Below, in pieces: positions 1 to 11,159 of a DNA stretch of 46,392 nt. Source of the stretch: Kipferlia bialata (lineage: Eukaryota); contig BDIP01000018.1 in assembly GCA_003568945.1 (NCBI GenBank), positions 1 to 46,392 of the forward strand, read 5' to 3'. Position 1 is the stretch's first letter; each line of letters starts with the position of its first letter. The position numbers and the translations under genes are program-made. Under the pieces are notes generated by a model. It worked only from the letters and a program-made list of their open reading frames with translations, was not told where the DNA came from and searched no databases.

Positions 1-49
<49 letters not shown>
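1..49. repeat. poly-G homopolymer at window start
   Basis: 49 consecutive G. Confidence 0.95.
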
Positions 50-50
<1 letters not shown>

Positions 51-123
51 ATGTGAGGTTATGCATGTACACCCAACACCACTCTGTATGAGGATAGACA
101 GATGAGTATATATCTGACCATAC

Positions 124-1347
124 CTGTCTGTATGAGGGAGTGTCTGAGTCATGGTTGACCTCAGTGGCGTCTCTGTCGGCCACAGAGACAGAGGTGTCGT
201 CATACCTAGGATGAGGGATAGACATAGATGTATATATGTGAAGCACTATATATAATGTTAGACATAGAGACAGAGGTGTCGTCATACCTGGGGGGTAAGA
301 GAGATGAACATACAACAATATATATATACAGACTGGTGCCGATACTCCACACTACCTACCGGGATATCAGTATCTGTAGGACGCATACACTTTGTCACTG
401 GGAGTACATAGGGATCGAGACACATAGATGCATATGTGTGCAATGGAAACAGATGCATTCAGGTGACATATCTATATATAGTAACAATGTAGCCGTACCC
501 GTCCATGGCTTCGGCATAGTCTGCAAATGCCACGCTCTGCATACCCACACCAGACATGGGGGCAGGGGGAGCAGGGTGGGTGGGGTGGGTGGGGTGTGTG
601 GGGTGTGTGGGGTGGGTCCCCTGGGGTCCCATACCCATGGCCATACCCTGTGGGGGGAGGTAGCTGACCTTGGCGGGCAGTCTCTGTCCACTCACACCAG
701 ATGATACTGGGTTGCTGTGTGCTGGGTTGCCTCCCATAGCACCATACCCCTCAGAGGCAGTGTGACCATCGGTGTGCAGGGGGTTGAGGGTGGAGGTGGG
801 GGACTGGTGGGTATCAGCCTGGAAGGCATTCACCCCACCCTGCTCCATCCACATGTCGGCCCTGGGGTGAGGATAGAAGAGGGGGAGCAAGGGGTGAGGG
901 GATACAGCATGGGGGACATTGATGGTCAGCATCACTGAATGGACGAAACCAAAACTGAAATGGTCAACACATACTATCAAGGACCAGATCGGTATAGAAA
1001 CACTGTATCTCACATAGGGAGTGTGTGTAAGGGAATGGGTACCTGAAGGGACTGTATGGCTCGACAGCAGTAGAGGCGCTCCCAGACGGTTGAAATGATG
1101 ATGGTCCAGAAATACGGTCCCCGAATGAGTTCTGAGACAGGATGCCCATGCTTCCCGGCATTGCAGAGACGCCAGAGTGCAAGTCCTCGCCAGAAGGCTT
1201 CTCACCGGCCTGTTCATTGGCTACAGAAGTCCCAAAAAGGGAACCCTGTGCTCCAAGGTCCAGAAGCTCTCCATCCTGTACAGAACTAGGTCCTAGATCC
1301 CCTCCGAGGAAGCTCTCTCCCTCTCCGCTAAACCAGAGGTCTCCCAT
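124..1347 (-). CDS. hypothetical low-complexity (G/S/P/H-rich) protein, multi-exon, 3' end runs out of the window
   Basis: Exon 1347-1043 (MGDLWFSGEG...PF) splices in phase (AG|GTACCC ... CCCCAG|G) to an exon starting at 861 (RADMWMEQ...THPTHPTHPTHP...). A further exon at 205-124 is flanked by TAG and GTATG. No recognisable domain; start codon uncertain. Confidence 0.55.
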
Positions 1348-2525
1348 CTTCCCTCTGTTGCATAAAACAGCGACAGATCGCATGTTCATAGATCGCTTGG
1401 TCAACTTGAGCTATTTCGGATAGTTGTTTTGTTTTTGTTTCAGGCTCAAGTGCAGTTCAATCAATAAGAACTGTACCACTTCAAATACCATGTATATGGA
1501 TAAATGTGTACTGGTCATCAATTTACTGGTCTGCTGGCGTTGGATACCACCTGTGTGCAGCTGTATGGCCGAAAGTACATATAGTTGGAATAGATATGAT
1601 CGTCATAAGGGTTTAATGAAAATATGTGAATATATTGAACCCGCGACAGATCACAAGACAATCAGTCGATATGAGACAGATACAGAAATGACAAGTGGGG
1701 CAATTAGGGCAATGCGATACATATCGCTCCCACCACATAGACACCTATAGATAGAACGCTGGAATATTCAGCAGAGTCATGAATTCGGCGCTGTAGCGGC
1801 TCCATACGACCCTCAACCTACTCAGACGAAGGGTTCAGCTTGTGGAGGCAAAAACTCATGATGACAGAAAGCTGAAGTAGATCAACTCTCTAAGGCACAG
1901 TTGATTTCTAGGGTCAATAGGTCGGTACGGGCTGCCTGCACATTCCGCGGTATGCGCGTATCCTCCTTTGGTCTAAGAGTCATGCTGTGGCACATCGACA
2001 CATGATCCACTGAGAGCACACCTACTTGTCTCTGTGGTTGACTGTCATTTTCTGCGCTGTAGGCTCTGTTCTGCTGTGCATTGAGGTGTCGCTGGGAGTA
2101 ACACCCTGTTCTTGGGAAACTGGGGGCAGGGACGTGTATAAAAGGGACCCCTCACACTTGGGATGGTCTTAAAGCTGCACGGTACATACACTTGTTTATT
2201 GAAGACCAAAGGCCCTTGAGGCTGCTCCCCCAGGAAGACAGCATAAATACCGTTAACATACTTGCGCCTCCAGGCAGCGGAACGCAGAGGCCCTGCATTG
2301 TAGTATGGTTTCTGTCGGAGGGAAATGAGTTCAGATTTCATCCAGAGACTCAATGTCTTCTCTACCGACTCGAGGCATTGCCTCATACCACACCCCTTCC
2401 ACTACCAAGCACACCCTACACCCTACTACAGGGTCAGGGTCACACTCTGATCTGGGGCATAGGGGAGCCAGTAGCTAGTAGCTAGTGTAGAGATACAGCT
2501 GTGAGTGGCTGAGACATACATACCC

Positions 2526-5500
2526 ATGTCCCTGGACTCCAACCCTCTCTTCAAATACAGGGTGGCGTCTAGGTGGATAGATAACCCAAGGTACGCGTGT
2601 GGTGTGGTGTGTGTATGTGTATTATCCCTAGTGGCACATATTCCTAGGCTCAGAGAAATCCCACTCTATTTTTGGTTTATCATGTATACACGCCCCATAC
2701 CGACCCTGGCTATGCTCTCTTTCTCTCTCTCTCTTATACACTTACCCCATAGGCTATGTCGTAGTGTTGAGTCCACATCTGCCCCCCAGGCCATACCCAG
2801 GTTCACCTCTACATGTTCAATCACCTACACTATGTACCTAACAATCACCGATGCATTCCTATAGACCCCACTTGTATGTGTATGTATATGCCAGACACCT
2901 TCACTGCCCGTGTGTGCTGCCCTCCCCCTGAATCATATCCAGATATGTACTCATATATACTTATGCTCTTCAATCACCTACACTGTGTTCTCTTCTATTC
3001 TGATACCAACCAGCACACCAGACGATACCCATATATGTACCCTATAGTACATCGCCTACCCCCCCCTTACCTGACCCCAGGGCAAGACCGATACACACTT
3101 ATATGTATTAACTATCTCAGGTATTAATATCGTCCTTGTTCACCACCTTCCCATGTGTATCTGACCCCAGGCTGTCTGCCCCCAGGGCTAGACTGGGGCC
3201 ACCCCCACTGGACGCAAGGTATGTGTGTGTGTATATGCCAGCTGATAATGCCTTTATCCCTGATGATATACCCCCACTGGAGTCAAGGTATGTATATGCA
3301 AGTGGAACCTATATACCCCTGCTATAGGGCCCCCCTAACCCACCAGACTGCCTTGGGACAGAGTGTGTGCAGTATCAGTACATATATTACACCTCTCACT
3401 GGCAGACTACCTGGTGAGACTGACTGTGTGCAGGCCATAGCGCAGGGACACATGGCGCCCACCCCTCTACTACCACCGGCACTGCTCACGGCACAGGTAT
3501 ATGTATATGATATATACTATATATATACTATATATATATATTGAGTATGCAGTGAATGTAGTGTACCCACACCCTTACTACCACCGGCACTGCTCACAGC
3601 ACAGGTATATACTTATACACACACATATATATGTATACTATATATATACTATATGACTATGTGGAGTATATAGTATAACCACACCCTTACTACCACCGGC
3701 ACTGCTCACAGCACAGGTGTGTGTGTATGTATATAAGGATCAATCTTTGGGATATGTTGTGTCTAGTGTACCCACTCTGGCCTACCCATTTCCTATTTGT
3801 ATCCTAACCCCGAGGACGCCCCTGCCAGGGTATGAGTATATATGTATCTGTACGATTATATTATATATATCATTTATATACATGTATATACATGCTAACC
3901 CCCAGGACGCCCCTGCCAGGGGAAAGGGTGCACGGCAGGTGGTAGTGGGGGCTAGCAGGTACATATATAACAGCGGTGTATATATATATGAATATATATA
4001 TATCTCAATATCACTATTAGTGTATATGCAGGTGGTGGTGGGGGCTAGTTGGTTCTGGGTTCTGGTACATATATATGTGTGTGGGAATGCATATGTAGGT
4101 CGGGGGATAGGGCTAGTAGGTACAGGGCTAGGAGTATATACATCTGGCGCTTGTGAGGTACCTGTCATTGGTATCATGTCTCACCCATAGGAACTTGAAG
4201 GCATTTAGAAAGGCCGCTTTGGCCGAGCATCCACTTACGGATTGGCAGGTGGGGGATCAGTGGCAGTCACTTCTCTCTGTGGATGTGAACCGTAGTTCTC
4301 TCTGTCTCTATGGATAGCATCCTTACCCTTCAGTCCATCGAGCACCTGAACCCCAGTCCCCGTCTCCATCTCCATCTCTCTCTCTATTCTATACATATTC
4401 TAACTCTAGTCTCTCTCACCATATATATATAGATGTGTGTGTGTGTATATATGTTTATATATATCTACGGATAACATACTTACCCCCAGTCCATCTAGCA
4501 CATGAACCTCCGACCAGCTCTCTCTCTTTTCTCTATACTCTACATATTCTCACCCTTCAGTCTATCGAGCATCTGAACCTGAGTCACCAGGACCTGGGCG
4601 ATGCATACCAGGCCACATACCTGCAGCACATACTAGGTGGGTATATAGTGTATATATGTGACGGTGAGAGATAAAGAATCGTTTATGGGCTACTGCACCG
4701 GTATGTCTAGTATATGTATATATATGTATGCATGTGTGTCTGACCCCAGGTGTGCAGTGCCAGCCCAAGACGGCACCCCAGCTACTCAGCATAGACCTAG
4801 GGCATAACAGGTGGGATGTGTATGTGTGTATATATGCAGAGTATAACATGTACCAAGGATAGGCTCTGTGTCCAAGATAGTATGTTTGTATTCCACTACA
4901 GTATATATATATCGATACAATATTTATGCATGGTAATGACTTGAGACTATTCGCCCTAATCTCAGGATTGAGTCTCTGTCCAACATGTATCTGCCCCACA
5001 TCCAGAAGCTGTACATGCAGGGTGGGTATATCCTATATTACGTATATATCATATATAGTGTACATGTATAAATATACATATATACTTGTATCTGCCCCAC
5101 ATCCAGAAGCTGTACATACAGGGTGGGTGCACATGGATACAATAGTATGTATATTTGTAAATATAGTTATGTGTGTGTGATTGAATGTCTAGTCCTTCTC
5201 TCTCACTCCCTCACTCTCTCTCACTCACTCCCGATATATATGTATCCCAACCCAGGCAAAAACAGACTTGAGTCTTTCTCTCTGCTCCTCTCTCTCTGTA
5301 TATCAGTACATGCATATATATATATACTTACCCCTTAGGCAACAGCCTCGAGTCCTTCAAGGCCCTGCCCCTCTGTCCCAGACTGGAGGTGCTTTCCATA
5401 GACAGTAACCAGGTACATAGTAGTATATTCTGTATATACTCTTACCACACATATTCTTCATCCAGACAGACAGCTTCCAGGGAAATACTTCGTATAGGGT

Positions 5501-6277
5501 GACAGAGGGAGTATATGTACCCCGATCTCTCTCTCCCTTGTCTCTTACCCCTAGATAGAGACCCTGCAGGGTCTAGAGCGCTTCCCCCTCCTCAGAGTGC
5601 TGAGTGTCAGGGACAACCCAGTGGCCACATCTTTCAGATTCCTAGAGAGGTATGCATTATGCATTCATATTTGTATGGGTGTGGGTGTGTGTGTTGATAA
5701 CAGTCATATATATATATATATTTATATGGGTGTGATTATATGTGCGTGTATCCATATCCTCACCCCATTGGTGTGTCGTGATGTGTCCTGTCCTTGCATG
5801 CATTTGTATATAAATATTTATATATGAATGCAAATATATGTGTATTAGAGAGGTATCAACCTATATTAACCCCAGGTGTGTAGTGATGTGCCCTGTCCTT
5901 GATGTATGCAATGGCATACCCTGTCAGGCACTGCAGCAGGCAGCAAATGCACACGCCATACTCAGGAAACTCAACCCTAGGTATACAGTTTATAGTGTAT
6001 AGTATATAGTATATGTATAATGTGCGTGTTGGTCTCTCACCCTAGACGCCTTGCCTCCCGCATGGCCCAGATGAGTTTGACCAACAAGGACCTGTTGACC
6101 GAGGAAGACATAGGGAAGGAGGGGAAGAGTAAGAGGAGAGGGAGGGGGAGAGAGGCTGATATTGAGAGGGGTGAGGGTACCAGACACGTCCAGATTGATA
6201 ATAGGGAGGTGGATGTAGGGGAGAGAGCGGGGGAGAGAGAGAGAGGAGGGGAGGGTGGAGACTGGGGGGAAGGGTGA
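2526..6277 (+). CDS. leucine-rich repeat protein, about 13 exons
   Basis: Phase-consistent exons give SIEHLNLSHQDLG, LLSIDLGHNRIESLSNMYLPHIQKLYMQGNSLESFKALPLCPRLEVLSIDSNQIETLQGLERFPLLRVLSVRDNPV (LxxLxLxxNxI repeats), then an LRR-cap-like CPVLDVCNG and a charged tail ending at TGA 6277. Start at ATG 2526 is tentative. Confidence 0.75.
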
Positions 6278-6599
6278 CACAATAGACCGATAGCCAGTGG
6301 TGCAAGTGTTGCTTCTATTGTGGTATACTATTAACAGTGTCAGTGTATGTATATGTACTCAGTCGGATACTCCCTTCATTTGTATCTACAGAGACCCAGA
6401 AAGAGAGGGACTGTTTGACACACAATTCCATACACAACACACAACCAAAAACACTAATTCGTCTATTTGAAGCCAGTCCTAAAGACCAGCATGCAATAAA
6501 TACACTCTAAGATGCAATATGCAATCACACACATTGCGTTAATCAACAATCAATTATCTACACTACACCGACACACACTACCACAGCCTCCCCTGCTGC

Positions 6600-8533
6600 T
6601 TACCAGGCCTCAATCACAACGAGGCCCTTGTCGCACAGCTCGTCGTACCTCTTCTGGGCACCGTCTGCTGTGAGGCCTCCTGCTGTCACCATGGAGTCCT
6701 TGATGATGGAGACAATGTCCTCGGGAGTGCGGCCGGCAGGGCCACAGTAGCCGAAGAACCCGTCGACGGCACCGAGGCTGTTCCAGACCCTCTCCGGGTT
6801 CTCCCTCATCCTGTGGGTCACGTACACCTTCTTGGCCTGCTCCCTCGAGAAGGCAGTCACGTAGTCGCACAGACCCATCTTCTCCCACTTCTCAAACTCG
6901 TCGATGCAGAGGGCGTCCTCGTTCCTGCGCCTGCAGCCAAAGTAGATGGTGCACTTGCCCTGCATGATGCCTCTGTTGTACAGGGCCTCGCGGTGCTGCA
7001 TGAAGGAGCGGAAGGGGGCAATGCCGGAGCCAAGGCCCACGCAGGTGATGGGGACCATGGGATCCGAGGGGGGCTGGAGGGGGGAGGACTTGATCTGGAC
7101 AGCCACCATGGGGTTCTCAAAGACGTTGAGGTCCTTGAGGTACCGGGTGCACTGGCCGTACCTCATGGTGCCCTTGGCTGTCTTCCAGTCAACGATGCCG
7201 ATGACGAGCTGGATCTGCTCGGGGTGCATCATGTGGCTGGAGGCAATGGAGTAGAGACGGGGGTTGTTGCCGGGGATCATCTCGATCAGGTAGTCCAGAG
7301 AGACAGACACAGACTTGAACATGTCAAACACCTCGTGGTAGCGCACAGACTCGGCCACAAACTGCTCGGCAAACTCGTCCTTGCCCTCCTTGGCGGTCAG
7401 GTGCAGCAGCCTCTCCCTCTCGGACCTGTCGGTAGTGAAGGGGATCAGCGACTTGAGGAAGGACTTGGTGATGGGGCCGCAGACGTCCAGGTAGAGGCCG
7501 AACACCTCACGGACAGTCAGGGAACGGGACAGGCCGGGGGGGACCTCGGTGTCGCCGTTGCCGCGGACAGTGATGACCATCTCGGGGTCGATGGAGAGCC
7601 TCTTGCAGAGGGTGTCCACGACATCGGTGGGAGCCCTGGCCAGAATGGAGATGTGGAAGCCAGTCTCGTAGGTGAGGGTGGTGTTCTCAAGCTCGAAGTG
7701 GAACTTGTAGGCGTCCCTGGGCACTCCGTTGGGGGTGATCTTCTCGGAGTGGGAGAGCCTGACGTACTGGAACTTGGGAGGGGGGGGAGGGGGCATCTGC
7801 ATGGAGGCAGTACGCACACAGGTGAACTTGGGCTCGGGGATCTGGCAGCCACCGGCGTCAGCGGCACCGAGGGCGTCCCAGAGCTGCTCCATCCAGGGGC
7901 CGAGGGCGCCCTCGTACTTCTCGGGGTGGAGCTCGTCTCCCATGCCGAGGGGCACGAGGGACTTGGCGCCGAGGGCCTTCATCCTGTCGTCGACCTCAAT
8001 AGCAGCCTGGCAGAACATGGGGTAGGAGGAGGAACCAATGCCAAAGACACCCACGCGGGTGTTCTCAAAGAGGTTCTCGGCGTGGTCGGAGGACTCGAGC
8101 CACTCCCAGAAGTTGGCTGCGTTGTCGGGGTGCTCACCCATGCCGAAGGTGGAGGTGACGTAGACCAGGAGGCCGGACTTGATGAGGGTCTCGGGGTTGA
8201 TCTTCTCGATCGGCTTGAGGGTCACGGCAAACTCGACGTCCTTGTTCTTGGCCTCGGAGGCAATGCGCTTGGCAATCTCCTTGGAGTTACCGGTCTGGGT
8301 GGCGTACACGATGGTCAGGGGGGTGCCCTCGACGTTGGTGGAGGGGGAGTCGTCCTCCTCGTCCTCAGTGGGCCTGAACACAATGCCGGACCTGTCGGAG
8401 TAGTGGGTGTGGAGCAGCTCGTGGGACTTGTGGGACAGGGGCTTCTCGAGGAACTCCTTGTAGAGCTGGGCAATGTCGGGGTTCTCGTGAGACCTCCTGG
8501 GGGGTGAGAATGGAGAGAGAGCGGGGGACACAT

Positions 8534-8564
<31 letters not shown>

Positions 8565-9351
8565 CCTGAGAGTGGACCTCTCGTCGATGTTGTAGATGGC
8601 CTCAGTCCTCTTCTGGAGGATGTTGGGGTTGAGGGAGCGGGGCTGTCCGCCTCCTCCGATGCAGCCACCGGGGCAGGCCATGACCTCGACAAAGTGGTAC
8701 TCCTTCTCGCCGGCCCTGATGCCGTCGAGCAGCTTCTGGGCGTACTTGATGCCAGAGGCAACGGCGATGCGGAGGGTCTTCTTCTCACCGGTGGGGAGGG
8801 GAACCTCAACCATGGCCTCCTGGATGTCAGTGTCAGAATCTATACATATGGATATACTCATATATACATTTGTGTATCAGTATGCATACCTTGATGCCGT
8901 CAAAGCCACGCACGGGGGCGTAGTTGAGGACGGGGAGGGGGGTGCCAGAGGCCAGCTCGTAGGCAGTGCGCAGGGCGGCCTCCATAACACCTCCAGTGGC
9001 ACCGAAGATGATGGCGGCACCTGGGGGTGAGGGGAGAGAGGGGGGGGGGGGGTATGTATCATATATATATATATACTAGTATATGTACACACCTGTGCCG
9101 GATCCGAGGGGGCAGTCGAACTTGGACTCGGGCAGCTGGTTGAACACAATGTGGTGCTTACGCACGAGCTTTCCGAGCTCGCGGGTGGTGATCACTGCGT
9201 CGATGTCGGCGACACCGTCGGTGGAGAGCTGGGCACGGGCGATCTCCTGCTTCTTGGCGGTACAGGGCATCACGGAGCAGGAGAAGATCTGGGAGGGGGC
9301 GACGCCGAGCTTCTTGGCGTAGTAGGACTTGATGAGAGCTCCCATCATTCC
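6600..9351 (-). CDS. hydA: [FeFe]-hydrogenase (H-cluster domain C-terminal part plus small-subunit domain) fused to a flavodoxin/FAD/NADPH diflavin reductase (CPR/CysJ-like); 5'-partial
   Basis: Exons 9351-9093, 9020-8890, 8819-8566, 8496-6600. H-cluster motifs MPCTAKKQE (P2), IFGATGGVMEAALRTA and EVMACPGGCIGGGGQP (P3); small-subunit motif RSHENP...HELLHTHY; FMN motifs YATQTGNS and TSTFGMGEHPDNA; FAD motif RLYSIASS; NADPH motifs GLGSGIAPFRSF, YFGCR, AFSREQAKKVYV and YCGP; terminal Trp before TAA. The P1 motif (TSCCP) and N-terminal FeS domains are not in the window. Confidence 0.93.
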
Positions 9352-9376
9352 CTGGTGTAAGTGAGAGAGAGATAAT

Positions 9377-9452
9377 GGGGGGGGGGGGGACGGGAGGGGG
9401 GGGGGGGGGGGGGGAGGGGGGGAGGTGGGGGGGGGGGGGGGGGGGGGGGGGG
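9377..9452. repeat. interrupted poly-G tract; probable assembly junction
   Basis: About 76 nt of nearly pure G lying between exons of two unrelated genes. Confidence 0.85.
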
Positions 9453-9633
9453 AGATATACATATCACCATATATGTAGGGGAGGGGGTATGTGACATCCA
9501 TACTCACTTTGCCCTGTAGTACCCTGCCTCCATCAGCACTAACACATACTTGTATCAAATATATACCATGTACATGCACTCTTATATACATAGATACATA
9601 CAGTATATATTCATATATAGTATATACACTCAC

Positions 9634-10338
9634 TTTGCCCTGTAGTACCCTGCCTCCATCAGCACCTCCACAATGCGGTCATAGGCTGCAGCCTGGAGAG
9701 TTAGGTATATAGCCAAGAGATAGCAAGATCCATATATAGTGTGCGGTCACAGGCTGCAGCCTAAAGAGTTAGATATATAACCAAGAGATAGAAATATCCA
9801 TATAGGGTAGTGTGCGGACATATGCTGCGGCCTGTGGGGTGAGTCAGGGAGTAATACACAGTTATGTAACTAAGCGCAGAGTATGTATATAGCGATGTAT
9901 ACCTCTCTGGAGTCGAAGCAGTCCCTGCCTCTCCGGTCAGGACGGTCAGTCAGGTCAAACCCTGGGGTGAAGGGAAGGTGTATGATAGTGGTGTGTGAAA
10001 GGAGCGGGGTTGGGGGAGGGGGGGGGGGTAACTACAACACGTCCAATCATAGTCAATGATACAACTGCAACATACGGAATAGAATGGGACATAAAACAAA
10101 ACACATACATGAACAACACTCCCACGGGATAACCACCTTAACACTTAATTGTGAGTAACGAGTGTGTATGCACTGACCATAATCAACCAAAACGAGGTAC
10201 CCACTCGTGAAGTGAAGGAATACACTATATACCCAGTTACTCATACAGTAGAGTGGAAGCATACACATCTAACACACTCTAACACACACTCTAACACACA
10301 CATACACACTATGTACCTGGTGGGAGGGGTCGGGGCAT
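9634..10338 (-). CDS. CCDC93: N-terminal fragment of a CCDC93-like protein (CCC/Commander complex subunit), 3 exons, 3'-partial
   Basis: Exons 10338-10317, 9961-9903 and 9692-9634 splice in phase to MPRPLPPGFDLTDRPDRRGRDCFDSREAAAYDRIVEVLMEAGYYRAK, resembling the CCDC93 N-terminal motif (I.ELL..AGYFRAR) as I recall it. Only about 47 aa are visible. Confidence 0.6.
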
Positions 10339-10976
10339 CCTAGAGACCAGTCTATGGAGAGTGGGGCACAGTCAGTCTGCATGCTGTCAAATAAACCCTT
10401 TTCTCGTATTTGATTTCTCACCGAATCGACAACTCCACACAGCTCTCTCTCGCTCCCCACTGGTTGTGCCCCTGTGGAGTGTACACTCAGTCACACGCAG
10501 GTACAGTTAGTTATGTGTTAGAGAGGGACTAGTACTGTGATAATTGAGGGGAGGACAGCCCGTTGACGCAGAATTAGTCCCCGAGGGAATGTGTGTATAT
10601 GTCATTGAGTGTGTTGGTACGTTCTTGACACTTATTCAACACTCATCCTGCAGGTGACAGCCCTGGAAGACAAGAGTATAGAAGAGAGGGAGAGAGAGAT
10701 ACGATGGCCAAGCTGACCGAGGTGGACCTCACAAGGCACGATTGGTATAGTGTAGAATAGAAAGTGTATGTATTAGCGGTGAGCATTACTTATGGCCGCA
10801 TATGTTACTTACTAAGGCTACTTATGAGATGCATCCCTCCCCCCATCTCCATCGACGTTTGGCTCTTCTCTCTCCTACTGTTACTGACCCTCAAACTTGA
10901 TACCAATTATTTCCCTATAGGTATCTCTCTATAGCGTATAGTAGTACTATTCTTACCACCCATTCCGATTGTGTGG

Positions 10977-10977
<1 letters not shown>

Positions 10978-11023
<46 letters not shown>
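10978..11023. repeat. poly-C homopolymer
   Basis: 46 consecutive C. Confidence 0.95.
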
Positions 11024-11159
11024 TTCTCTTCACAACTGTGTCTTTCCGACGAGTGTCTTTCCCAGTCAACGTCTCTGTATTGTGAGCTGACTGTTCACCC
11101 TCTGCGTAAATCATCTATCCCTCTCAGTCATTATCCCACCATATAATACAACCCTTTAG

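Noticed and set aside
570..620. G/T-rich 9-nt tandem repeat as telomeric sequence
   Set aside because: It lies in an open frame on the minus strand encoding (THP)n and is irregular.
6813..8507. 564-aa + strand ORF
   Set aside because: Antisense shadow of the GC3-biased hydrogenase-reductase exon; no independent motifs.
8497..8565. YVSLSLSLSL... segment and MSISICID start in the 753-aa ORF
   Set aside because: These are a 69-nt in-frame GT-AG intron and intronic sequence; removing the intron restores ERSTLRRSHENP.
9093..10338. Genuine CCDC93-hydrogenase fusion protein
   Set aside because: Exon phases are incompatible (2 versus 0), the P1 motif is missing, and the junction coincides with a poly-G tract.
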